The notes under the pieces were generated by a model, which made no database searches, was not told where the DNA came from, and saw only the letters and a program-made list of their open reading frames with translations. A stretch of DNA of 64,000 nucleotides from Paraspadella gotoi (taxonomy: Eukaryota > Animalia > Chaetognatha), in assembly GCA_051294375.1 (NCBI GenBank), contig CM119271.1, positions 1,743,395 to 1,807,394 of the forward strand. Direction: 5' to 3'. Positions 12,551-25,437 of this stretch are shown here, piece after piece (position 1 is the stretch's first letter; every line of letters begins with the position of its first letter). A program made the translations under genes and the position numbers.

Positions 12551-15500
12551 GTCTTCTCAAATTGGGTGAATCAATATGGTCTCGTTTTCGGCTACTTTGA
12601 AGGCATCTACCCAGTTCTCTTCATCTCGGAACCCTCCGCGCTTCAACACGTCCTTCAGACCAACTTCAATAACTTTGTCAACCGGCCCATGAGAGACTTT
12701 CTCGATGGCGGAGAGAGGGGAGATGTGTTTTCTAGCAGAGGTAAGGGTGAGTTAATTTAAAAAATGTTTGTAACTGGTAAAACCAATATAAAATTAACAA
12801 TTTATATCAAGGCCTCCATATTTCTACAAGATAATAACATAGCATGATTCCGTAAGATATTAATAAAGCCTGTTACAGTCTAGGTTATTTCCTCCCTAAT
12901 ACTTGGCTTTCCTATGGATCCCATACTCATTAGTATTTTTGACAAAAGCGAAACACTGTTGAACTTCCCTTAATTTAACGGATGCTAATATGAGATCAAA
13001 TATAGAAGACCAAGCCAAATTTGTATATTGTAAAATGATTAATAAAATTTATATTTGTCCCATTGTCCTATATCTGTTTTAATTTTACACTCTAACCAAA
13101 AATTGAATGATGTACACATATGCAGTAAAGCGGGCCAGAATTTAACCTTTTTTCACAATGTGAAACAGTCTGCAATAAAAGTCTTTTGTCCTTATATAAC
13201 CAAATTGACTTATAATGTTAAATTTTGATTAAATTAATTTTCTTCATGCATGGATGCATTTTCATATTTAACAATATATGAGAATTGCTGAAAATTTTTT
13301 TTTTAAATTCAAATTTGAAAAAATGGATTCTGATAAAGATTAAAAAGTTAGATGAAGGTTAGTATTACAGATTTTAACAAATTTGATGATAAATGGATTA
13401 AAATTAAAAAAAACCTTTAGGAAAAACAGTTTTGTTTGACAACGATTTATTTGACACAATTTTAGTCAGACATGTTTCGGCTCTTTCATTTAGAGCCTTC
13501 ATCAGTGTTTTGTGTCAAATAAATCGTTGTCAAACAAAACTGTTTTTCCTAATACCTCAAAAACAACGAAAAGAGAGTATATACATAAAAAAAAACTTTA
13601 AAAAATTATCATTATCATCATCATTCAATAAATTTGATAGTTTTTATTAATGAACAAATCATTAAAATTTCAAAAAGTTGTAATAGTAACCGTCACCTAA
13701 CTTTTCAAGCTCTATCAGAATCCGACAAAAAAAATTGAAATTTATCAACACAAATTTTTGACATCATATAATATTTGGATAATATAAAATAGCATGCATG
13801 CATTTAACTATAAGATAAATCTTGTTTTTATTTTCACGATCTTTAATAAACATATCACAGATGAATAAAACGTGGAAACAAAGAAAAGGATTAAGGAAGA
13901 GGATTCTGGAAGAGGAAGAAGATTCTGGAAGCCAAATCCAGAAAAGGAACAATACCTTTCTGTCTACTTACTTAAATGTTATTAAATGTTATTAAATGTT
14001 ATTATATTTATACCGGACTTCTGTTAGTTTGTAACTTGTTCCGCCTTAAAACCTCCCCTATTTTTTTTTTACCCAACTTCTCTCCCCAGGCCAACAATGG
14101 AAACGCATTCGCTCTGTCCTCAGCCCTGTCTTTTCCGCCTCAAACATGCGAGACATGGCGCCGATTCTGGACGAGAAGATTCGGATGCTCGTGTCTCGAT
14201 TGAGAGAAGTCGGGGTGGAGGAAGAAGTTGATATCTATCACTTGTTTCAGCTACTTACCATGGACATCATTGGTCAAGCAGGTAAGGTTTATTTAGGTAT
14301 GGAGGGTGGGTAAGTCGTTGGGTGGATAATTGATTGTTGTTGTGGGCATCATTATCATTATTGTTTTCATTGTCATCTTTGCTTTTGGAATATTGTGATT
14401 AGTGAAGTGAGTTCAATAATGTTGAACGTTTAATACTAAAGTCACGCAATGTTTTTTAAAATATAAAATGAAATTAATATGTCTATTGACTTGACTTATT
14501 TTACATTTAGACTGTTCCATTACCCTACCAAGCGCCCAAAATGAATTGCCATTTTCTATGCCGTAATTTTTTTTAATTTCAAAATTTTATTTTAATATAA
14601 GAATTTGTTTCACAAAATTTACAGCATCCATCATCATCTTCATACATTCATCTACAATTGTCCATTACATTTCTACCACTACATTTCAACAACAGCCTTT
14701 GGTTTGAACGTGGACTCCCTCACCGATGACTCCCACCCTTTCGTCATTCATTGTCGTGGACTCTTTCGCGCCATTGCCAAAGCCGATCTGCCTTTCCAAC
14801 TTCTCAGAGGAGTCCCTCTATCTCTTAAGAAAGTTTTGAGAAAAATTTTTGCCAAGATTGGTAAGTTAGAATGTTAGTTAATTTTGATTTATTCATGTTT
14901 ATTATTTGATTATATAAAATTGGTACAACCACTAAAATTATTCATTCATTCAGTAGATACTAGATAAGCTATTTTTCCCATGACTTCAGACAGGCTATGG
15001 TCGGTTAAGGCCTCCATCCCTCTTATAAGATAATAACATACATTATATACATAACACACATATACATGATAAGTAAAAAAATTTTAAGAAAGCAATACAT
15101 ATATAATTAAAGAATATAGATTAAATAGTAAATCCTACATAAAATATAAAAATAGAAAATAGTGAAACAAGTAATTTGCAAATTTTCGTAACAGCTCTCA
15201 CAGTCTAGTTTAATAATTTCTCTATCAATGAAGAGATATAACATTTTTGTAAATTCTATCAATTTTTTAAATACTTAATATTTCTAGCAATGATATTATT
15301 ATTTTGATTTTAACTTACCCACATTTTTTTTCGTGTCATTTGAAAACTAAACTAAAGATTGGAACAAAATTCTAAATATTTTTTTGACCCAAACAATGGT
15401 AATAACAACATTCCTTTTCCAGGGACGATCCTTTTCAAACGGAGTGACAGCGTGCAAGACTTTAAGTGGCTGATGGAAGAGGGCAAGAAAGTATTGCAAG

Positions 15501-17668
15501 ACCGGCAATCCAATCCAGTCTTCATGGAAGTCCCGGATCTTTTGGAGCTGATGTTAAGCTATGCGAGGAGAGCGGGAGATGGGGAATCGGAAAGCAAGGA
15601 GAAGATCCAAGGGGGTTTCAAGAAGGGGGTCACCATCCAGGAGGTGAGCAAAAATAAAATGATAAAATGAAAAAATAAAATGATGCTTAATACTTAAAAT
15701 AATACCTAATAAAACTTATGTGGGTTGTTTAAATTTGTATTAAGGTTTAAAGATTAGGTATGGGTTAAGGTTTGGGATTAAGGTCTAAGACTAAAGTTTC
15801 TTCCCGACAAGGAAAAAAAATAGGACACTCTTAAATCTTAAATTGCACGCGTTTTATGCATGTAATTTTAAAAATTTGAAATGGTAAATATAATTTTTAA
15901 AAAAGAAATTTATATATGTAAAGGAATAGAAAATCGGTTCAGTCATTCAAGAGCTATAAGTCCCCAAAAACAAGTGGTAAAAAATAAAATGGGGGGGAAA
16001 AACATTCTTGAAGATCTGCAGAAAACCTTGTATGTCATTTGGCCTTTATTTTTAAGCGTTGTATTCTTGTTTTTTTTTTAAAAACAATGAATAGGAAATG
16101 TGGATTTTTGAAAGAAGAATGCATTTATGTAAGTTAAAAGAAAATTGGTCCAGTCATTCAAGAGATATAAGCAACCTAAATACAAAAGGTTAAAATATTT
16201 CAATTTTCTTCTGCTTTGATGTTCTGTTTGAGAAGTTACTTTTAAAAAAGCATTGCTTAAAAATGAATGGCTAAAATTATAAACAAATTTGCACTAATAG
16301 TTCTTTTTTTTAATGAACATTATCAACTTATAATATCTTTCATAATAAAGGATTCTTAACAAGATTTATTTGCACAATGTTTTAAGGGGTCCTTTTTTTT
16401 ACACAGGACTGTAGATTTAAATTATTGGAAATCCACTCCTCCTTTCCTCAGATCGAGCAACAAATCTGGCTCTTCCTCGTCGCCGGCTACGAAACCTCAA
16501 GCACGGCCCTCGGCTTCCTCGCCCACTCTCTCTGCGACCGACTCGACGTCCAGGAGAAACTCTTCCACGAGATCAGGGAGATGGCGGGGGAGTTGGAGGA
16601 CGGGCGGAACCTGGTTGACGCCCTGGGGAAGATGACTTACTTGGATCAGGTGGAGGCTTGAAGACATGCTTGGGACAAAAGTTGGTTATTATAAAGAAAT
16701 TTTAGTAACTGTTAGTTTCTCTTTCTCTCTCTCTCTTTCTCTCCCTCTCCCACTTTTACTTATGTCTCCATCTCTCTCTCTCTGTCTCTCTCTCTGTGTC
16801 TCTCTCTATTTGTCTTTCTCTATATTTTTCTATCTCTCTCTATCTCTCTATATTTCTCTTTATCTCTCTCTCTCTTTCTTTCTCTCTTTCTCTTTCTCTA
16901 TTATGCTCGCATTAAGTTATTAATAACAACTGCAACTTAAATATCTAATCTTACCCCTAATTTTTCCCTCCTTCAGGTCATTCAAGAAACTCTTCGCCTG
17001 TTCCCACCCGCCCCCGAAGTGATCAGGCGTCAGGCGAGTGAGGCTTTCACCCTGCAACTTCCCTCTGGTCATGTGAGCTTCCCTGCTGGATTCACAGTTC
17101 AAGTTGGCGTGATGCAAACTCACAAGAGCAAGAGGCTCTGGCATTGCCCGCTGGAGTTCGATCCGGATCGCTTCAGCCCCGAGAACAAAAAAGAATTTCA
17201 CCCTTTTCAATTTGTGCCTTTCGGGCTTGGCCCAAGAGGCTGTCTTGGTATGAGGCTGGCCAATATGGAGTTGAGAATGACGCTGGTCCGGTTGGTCCAA
17301 AATTTCAGGTGAGGAGTGGAGGAGGTAGATAGATTTTAACTTACTCTTGATTTGGGTTTTTAATACCACGGTGTTGTTTAATGTTTAGTATGCAAAAAGA
17401 TTAACTAACAAAAATTAAAATGAAACAAAGAAACTTTTAGTGAATTTTCGAGATTTAATTCGTCTTGTTTTGTTTTGAACACTCAATTTTAAAGAATGTA
17501 GTTTATATTTTGATACATAGTGAAATAATTATTAATAATATTTTTTTATATCAAAACCGCAGACTCGAAAAATCTGCTGGATACAAAATCGACATCGCGA
17601 TATCCGAAGGAGCAACGCGGACTCCGAGAGATGGCGTATTCGTGAAACTCGTCCGTCGAAGCGAATGA
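12551..17668 (+). CDS. Second P450 cassette (exons 2-8 only, no exon 1 of its own), isoform B
   Basis: Exons 12551-12740, 14090-14281, 14696-14860, 15423-15643, 16452-16649, 16977-17308, 17563-17668. Each has the same length and phase as in cassette A. No stops seen; AGYETSS, ETLR, PDRF and PFGLGPRGCLG are intact. Confidence 0.9.
13240..13805. mobile_element. Degenerate foldback/MITE-like insertion in cassette B intron 2
   Basis: Absent from the equivalent cassette A intron. Imperfect inverted arms (ggattctgataaagattaaaaagttagatgaaggttagtattaca vs tgtaatagtaaccgtcacctaacttttcaagctctatcagaatcc). Ends are approximate. Confidence 0.5.
13417..13585 (-). mobile_element. Penelope-like element remnant with minimal hammerhead ribozyme
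   Basis: Minus strand CTGATGA-aggctct/agagcc-GAAACATGTC, between ~43-bp inverted arms (13417-13459, 13510-13552), followed by a caacgaaaaga tail. Confidence 0.7.
15800..16413. mobile_element. Tc1/mariner-like MITE in cassette B intron 5
   Basis: Absent from cassette A. The right end reads TA-CAGTCCTGTGTAAAAAAAAGGACCCCTTAAA on the minus strand and matches a degenerate left end (aaaaaaataggacactcttaaa). Confidence 0.45.
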
Positions 17669-20600
17669 GTAGTGAAAATACAATTTATAACAAATGAACA
17701 GTTCCGTGTCGGCGATGGAAGTCGATGTCAATAATTCTTGGTGAAAAGCGATGCAGTAAATTTGATTTCTTGCTCTTTAATTAAAAATAGTTTCGCACAA
17801 GTTGCCTTTTAGACGAAATAGAAATTTGATGAAAATATGTAAGTCTGTTGTAATTTTTTGACTAGTCTGATAGCATGTATAAATTATATTCGGTAAAGGA
17901 AAATTATTCAAGTCTTCAAAAATAACATGGAGTTTCAAATTTTATGAATTAGAACATATTGGTTTAAGAACATATTTCTTTTCCACATCCCCCAAAAACT
18001 AACGCCCGTATCAAATCTGAATCGTCTTAATTGGTTGTTTGAAATAAAACTTTTATTAACCGCGGCCCCTCGTCATTATTTTCGGGGAAGGCCTTCGCAA
18101 GCCATGGCAAGGAATGCCTCGAGACAATCCAGAATGCGACGGCTACATTCCAGAAGTTGATGTTGACCAATGAGGGAAGAGAGAAGCTTGAAAGAGACTT
18201 CAGGACTCGCGATCTGATTGCCAATGAGTTGGATGTGGAAGGAGAGAGAGAGAGAGAGAGAATGAGAGAACTTCGAAACGTAGTCCACTAAAAACGTATT
18301 TATCTCTCTATGTTAAACTTGAAGATCAATTTAACATTTAAAACTATCTTACTATGTAGGTATGTACTAGACATGACATGACATGACATTAAAAAGAACA
18401 ACTGTGAACTTGTAATCGTTTATTTCTTATCATAACTGTTATATTATTGGCAGGGACAATTATAATGCAAAAGCTTATTTAAATGGTCATCAGGAGGGTT
18501 ATGCTAATAAACATTTACTTGCAAGAATAACAGTATACCATTTGACCATTCAACCATCGGTCAAAATAGCTTTACCAAAAAAAAACAAAAAAATAGAAGA
18601 GGCATGACACGTTATTCAATGTAACATCATCAAGATCATTTTTTTTCGTAACGTCTGTTCGAAAAGCAAGACCATCTTTGTTTAAAGAAACAGAGAAGAA
18701 AATTATGAATTCAGATTTAACGGTTATTTTTTTGAAGTATTATTTATCAGTTAAAATTTTAAAAAAAAGTAGATTAAAATTTTTAGCATTACTAATTTGT
18801 TGGAAGTTCCGTCGAATATAATGAGTATTTAAAAGGGCCACTTTAATACATTAATTAACAAAAGCTCAAAAAAATGTACAAAATGATTGTTTTTTTGGAG
18901 GGAAGAGGTAAGAGGGAATGGAATTGGTAGAAGTTGGGGCCCCACCCTGAAGGGTATTTATAGACACAAGGTATTCGTAATCTCTAATCAATTTTAGATT
19001 TATAAATCTTACAATAAATTTATCAGTCCGGGGACTGGCAGAGATTATTTTTTTTTATTAACAATGGAATAAAAATATAGTGAATAATATTATTAATAAT
19101 GTGAAACAAAAAACGCATAAACCTACTCGATAATAGAGGAAGATGATTTTCAGCTTTTCTCATTTGTTTTTAAATTGAGCGAATCGTGAGAGTTAGATAC
19201 GATTTGTATACTATATTTAGTCGGTTAAATTTATAGTATCGTTATTAATAAGTTAAATTAAATTTTTTTTTATTGGAATTAAAAGCAAGAATGCGATGTA
19301 TAAAAATTGTTTAAAAACAATTGTTAGTTTCATCGCAAGAATGCGATGTATAAAAATTGTCTATTGTTAGTTCCATCGTATCTCTGTTGACTCTTGTCTA
19401 ATTAATAAACCATTCTTTTGCAACAACAAAAAATAAGTTAAACAAAAAAACAAAAACAATTTTAAAACGAGACGCAAAAAGTAAATAGGTCAGGAAGCAA
19501 AAATGGCTTCGCGGATAAAGTAATACGCCACAGTGAATTTACCTCAAGGAGATAACGAGTAATAACAACACATCGGGTTTTTATATTCATGATTCACAAA
19601 AACAATTTTTTTAAGTACAATAAATTCATAACGGTTATATATCTTTAAAAAAATTTTTTTTGGAGCGTTCCAAAATTTTTTTTCCTCGATTGAAGATAAC
19701 TTTTTTGACTTTTTGGCTTTTTATTTTTCTTTACTTTTGGAAGCATAAATTTGCAAAAAAATACCATGCACTACCGTTTATTCTTCTAAAAGATATCGAG
19801 AATATATCTAAAAAAATACTGTGAGAATAGCCTTAGCAAAAAAAAGCACTTTGGAAGAAAGTCGAGTCCCGCATCAAAGAGCCCCCAGAAAGGGTCCTAA
19901 ATTGGCCCTTTTCGTGGAGAGCTCCCCCAAATGAACCCCCATTGGAAAGCGAGCCGAAATTTCATTTCAATTTCATTAACAGTAACAAATCAATCGCTTT
20001 ACTTTTAGTTTCACCCAGAAAATATAGGAAGTTAGGAACTACGATTTAGGTTTGATGGACTTATCAAGGGCGGTTAAAACGATTATAGCATACAGGCGAT
20101 GGGACTATTAGTCAAAGTCAAAAGCAGACCCGTAAATTAGTCTTCATGTATTAAACTTAAATATTTTTTTTTTAAACTTTTTTAATTCGAACTGAGTCAA
20201 CGAAAGACATGCACATGCGTCAGTTGATTGTTTTTTTAATTTCTTATCACAACTCAACTGTGTTAGAAGATTGTACCAGTTCGAGTCTTAAGCGAACAAA
20301 TTAGTTTTCGTTCTGCATTCTATTCGGTTAAAATTTTGATTAAACGTGCAGAAAATCTACTTGACCCTTGATTTCGGTCATTACAACGTGCGATAGAAAA
20401 ATTCATCATTCTAAGCACCAATTTATAGATTTAATGCCAAAAATTGAAAATTTAAATACATTTTTAGAAAAATATTTAATGAGATGGCAAGAATAAAATT
20501 TAATCGATTGTTGTTTAACTAATGCTGTATCCTAAAATTGATTTACTACCGTATTTTAAACATTAGTGATAAGACCTCAACTTTAGCAGCTTAATTGAGT

Positions 20601-22632
20601 TGTTTATGTTAACAAACTTTTACTATAGTTATTTTTTCACGGATAACAAAGTAGTAACTTATCGTACACAGGCACGACACAAAAATACGGGCCACTTAAT
20701 AGGTCCACAGTAACAAATGGAAAACAATATTACTGATCATAAGAAACGAAAGAGCGGCCAAAGTAAATTTTTTAACAAAATTTTAACAAGGTGAAAGCTT
20801 TTTTTTTTTTTTTTAATCAGGTATGATTATTTTCGATATTTAATGATTGGGGAATTTGCTTCGAATTAATTTCAAACTCGGATGAGGAGTGATCTCTTAT
20901 TGATTGAAAAAGTTCATGTAAACATAATATAAAAAATGCTTTAAAAATGTATATAATTTTTATGTGGATAATTTTTATATTGGTTGTACCAATTTCATAA
21001 TACTATTCTTAAGCGTTTATAATTCTTCATTAAATAAACAATTACTCTAAAAATTATTGAACAGCCCCATCAAAGTTTTTAAAAAATTCAAAATTGCCGA
21101 ATAATTTTTTTTTCCTGTCGCCTTTAGTACAGGTCTAATTTACGTAACCACTTTCACGATAAAAGTAGCAAAGAACGATTCATAAAAGTTGGCTCAATGC
21201 GCGATTCCGCCCACAAAAGAAAACCCTGAAAGAAAAAGATTGGGTTGGCGCAGCGATTTTTTTTTGTAGCGAGACAATTTTGAAAAAAAATTGTTCTATT
21301 TTACATTGGGATAGGTCTTTTATTGAAATTTTTTTATTGATCAAAAAACACCTGGCTTCTTTCAATTTATTTATCGGCTCATTTGTGATATTCCGTTTTA
21401 CTTTAACCTTATTCCGAACTAAAACTATTATTAAATAAACACGTTTTAGAAAAGACCTTTCCCAATGCAAAATAAGGAAAACTTCTTTTCAGTGCGAGAT
21501 ATAAAGTAGTTAAAGTAGAGTTCATTTTCAATCCGATTCACCCGGTAACTTTTTCAATTGGTTCAAGTCAAGCAAATCATGGCAATGTACAATTCTGGTC
21601 CAAAGAAATAAAAGGGTTTTTTTATTTTAAATTTTCCATAAAAAAGTTTGGTCACCGCCAATTTAAATTTTTTTTTTTGTCTTAATTTTTGTTGGAAGCG
21701 AGTAAAAAAAAAAACTTTCTTGGCTTGCGGGGAAAATCTCAGGGAGAGAGAAAGGAAGAGGCGCTCTCAATGCACGACCGCGGGCTCGTCTCATCTTTCT
21801 ATTGAGTTTTGTTAAAAATTTAAATAATTTGTTCATACACAAAAATCACATGAATCTAATTATATTATAAAATCGTTTTAGTTTTAAAATAAAATTTGGT
21901 TTACTTAAAAAAAATCAAAACTAGACGCAAAATCGCAAATCAGACCTTCAAAATTATTCAATAGAATATTTATTTTAATTTAGAACAAGAGTTTTTTGAA
22001 AAAAGAGTTGTAACAACGATTTTATTTCTTTGTTTAAACCAAATCGCAAGAACAGAAAGGAAAAAAATACCATAATTATTTTAATTTTAAATAATTTCAA
22101 AACTTTGAAAGAATCCGGTCGTGGATTTATCGGATTCGAGTTTGCGTGACATTTCGTTGTTATGTTAGAAAAAAAAAAGAAAAAAGAACGGAAATAAAAT
22201 TGCAATGTAAAGCAGATGGAAATGGGTTTTTTTTTAAGGACAATGATCGTTGAAGTTTGTCATTTTATAAATGGAGCTTTTTCCATTTGTTACAATTGCC
22301 CCGATACATTGGCTTTTGTAGTTTCGATCTATTAAATTATAGTAATCTATGATTCTAAGGTAAAATAAACTTAACAGCAACTCTTTTCTACAAAAATAAA
22401 ACCAATTGTTTTCGAATTTAACAAATTCCGTGAATATTACGTGAACATTGCGTAGTGCGTACACTTACAATTTTTAATTGTAAGTTACTTTTAATTATTT
22501 TGACTGAAAACTCGACGAGAAAAATAATATTGTGATCGTAGGAAATTATTGTAAAAAAAATCTAAAATTAACTAAACTAAACTAAAACTACGGAAATACA
22601 TACAAAATGGAAAGCGCCTCTGCCCAACGCTC

Positions 22633-22668
<36 letters not shown>

Positions 22669-22699
22669 GAGAGAGAGAGCGAGAGAGAGCGAGAGAGAG

Positions 22700-22734
<35 letters not shown>

Positions 22735-22782
22735 CGAGAGAGAGAGAGAGCGAGAGAGAGAGAGAGGAGAGAGGGCCAGCGA

Positions 22783-23044
22783 TCAGTTGGACGGCGGGGT
22801 CCTGTCGTCCGTTCCACTCTGGCTGAGATGACTCGCGCTCCCTCGGTTGCTCCCGCTACCACTTCCTGTTTTTTTTGGTTGGGGTGTTGAAGGTCCGGGT
22901 GAGTGATGGGTAATTGGGGTAGGGAAGGGGGTAGTGGTTGAAGGAGGTGGGAAATAGGGTGAGGGTGGACGAGAGGGGAACAAAAAAGGATTATGACTTG
23001 TGCCGTTCCTAAAAAAAGTTTCACTTTCAGTACAATACATTTAA

Positions 23045-23088
<44 letters not shown>

Positions 23089-25395
23089 TTTCGAATTCGC
23101 GAAAAAGTAAATAAACATTTGGGACTCCAAACAGTAAAATTTATGCGATAAATAGCGGACCAGTTCAACGGGTATTCACGAAGGGACATCCTGTCGCAGA
23201 TTTTTTCACCTTTCACTGTTGGCGAATAAGTTTTTAAAAAGTTTTTTTGTTGTCAAAACTAGGTAAATGGAAATGATTTTCTTATTCTCTTATTGCTATG
23301 CAATTTGTTATTTTCGATCTTCCTTCGTTTTTTATCGGAAGTATTTTTCATACTACGAATGTTATTGTATTAAGACATTGTCAGTTTGTTGATAATCAAA
23401 TGATTTCGTCTTTACATACTAGAAACCGTAAGATGAAAAGGAAAAAAAAATCATTTCGGAGATTACATGAAGAATTTGGATCAACCGCCGAGCATCCATA
23501 TCGTTAGATATACATTTGAGGGAGACAAAAATCCCCGAAGGTCAGTGCTAATTTTAAGAATAAATCATAAATACCAAAATTCCAAGTGCAGTTTCTACTC
23601 TTCCATATGGCCGATTATCTATTCTCCTCTTTTCGTCTAACTTACATGTAAAGACTAATTCATTAACAGTCATGACTTACCTAATAAACTTCCAATATGG
23701 AGTGCGCTCCCGAGTTGGATTCTTATGAGCTCTTTCTTTAAAGCCATAACATGCATGATCCAAAAGACGGATATGCATATTATAACTGCTGCTATGGGCA
23801 CACCCACACTGAAAAAGAGGGGAAAAAATAATGAAAAAATGACAATGGCATTGTAATAAAATCAAAAACAGGATTTGAATGTTTCACTAGATCAGGAAGG
23901 CAAAAATCAACAGTTTTCCAATATTGGTACAAATAGTTTTATACAGCCGAGCCAAAAAAAAAACCTTATTAATCTCCCAAGCTTACAGCTTACCTGATGC
24001 CAATCATTATTCCGAGACCGAATTTCTCAACGCAGTACTTGTGTGAATAATCAACGGCGTCCTTGTCGTTAAGCAGCTCTGGTTCATGACAGGTAAGATG
24101 TGGCTCCTGAAGGGACGTGAGAATGCAATTTAATATACGGTCAATATACTCAGATCAATGTATATTTTAAAGTGTGCTATGTTATTATCTTGTAAGTATT
24201 ATCATTTGAGCCTTTGCCCACTACAGCCTGTCCAAAGTCAAGAGGCAAGATATGTTATCTATCGAAGGAATAGTTTAATTTTTATATTTGTTGTACCAAT
24301 TTAAACATACATACGCAGACGAAGCCTGTTCGGTCCTACGCCGCTTCACCGCGGCGCAACACCTTGGAATAACCGTTCCTTGTTTTTCTGCATTTGTACT
24401 ATGCCGCACTCACCTCAACTCACTGCCGCACTCACCTCAACTCTGGTATCCCCCTCTTCCTCGTGCCGCTGCCGCAACCGCTCGACCCACTCCATGAGGC
24501 CCACGATGCGGCAGCTGCAGTCCCACGGGTTCGGATCCAAGATGATTGTCTCGATGAGGAAAAGGTTTTCGAAGGTGGGGCCTGAAGACGGAGTTGGTAT
24601 GCGCGGCGGCAGGGGGGGGGGTAGTCGGGGAGAAATCGGAAGTTTTGATTGACAGAAAATACGTTTGATTCTTGTTTAACAAAAATGTATCACCCACAGA
24701 ACTACAAAATTCAATGAAATAAAAATGTCAGAATTCAATGTCTGTAAAACGACACTATCAAATGACAATGACCATTAGAAGACAGAGTTCAATGACATTA
24801 AAATGACACAATTCAATGACATAAAATAGCACAATTCAATGACAATAAAACGATACAATTCAATGAAATTAAATCATAAAATTCAATGACATTCAAACGC
24901 CACACTTCAATGACAAGAAACAAGAAAATTCAATATCAGTGAAACGACACACTTTAATGACATTAAACAAGAAAATTCAATGTCGGTGAAATGACACACT
25001 TTAATGACATTAAAAAAAATTTAATGACAGTCAAATGCCACACTTCAATGACATTAAATATTAAAATTTAATGACAGTCAAACGCCACACTTCAATGACA
25101 TTAAATCATAAAATTTAATGACATTCAAACGCAACACTTCAATGACATTAAACGAGAAAATTCAATGACAGTCAAACGCTACAATTCAAAAACTACTAAA
25201 TTCGCCATTTTATTTCTTACCGGGAATTTCTTTCAAAGAGTTATTGTAAATTGTCAAAAATTTGATGTTGTAAGTCGTGTTGAAAGTTTCATTGTGAAGC
25301 GTCGTCAGTTTGTTCGAATGAAGATGCAAAATTTCCAAGGCAGGTAGGGTAGCAAAAGCAAAGTCTTCTAGCACCTGGTGAAGGTGAGAGAGTGA

Positions 25396-25437
<42 letters not shown>

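Larger units (their letters stand above)
8168..17884 (+). repeat. Tandem segmental duplication (units ~8168-12254 and ~12255-17884)
   Basis: The intron-1 remnant at 8168-8493 aligns with 12255-12550. Both 3' UTRs end in ctagtctgata(a/g)catgtataaatt. Unit B is longer because of intronic insertions. Confidence 0.9.
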
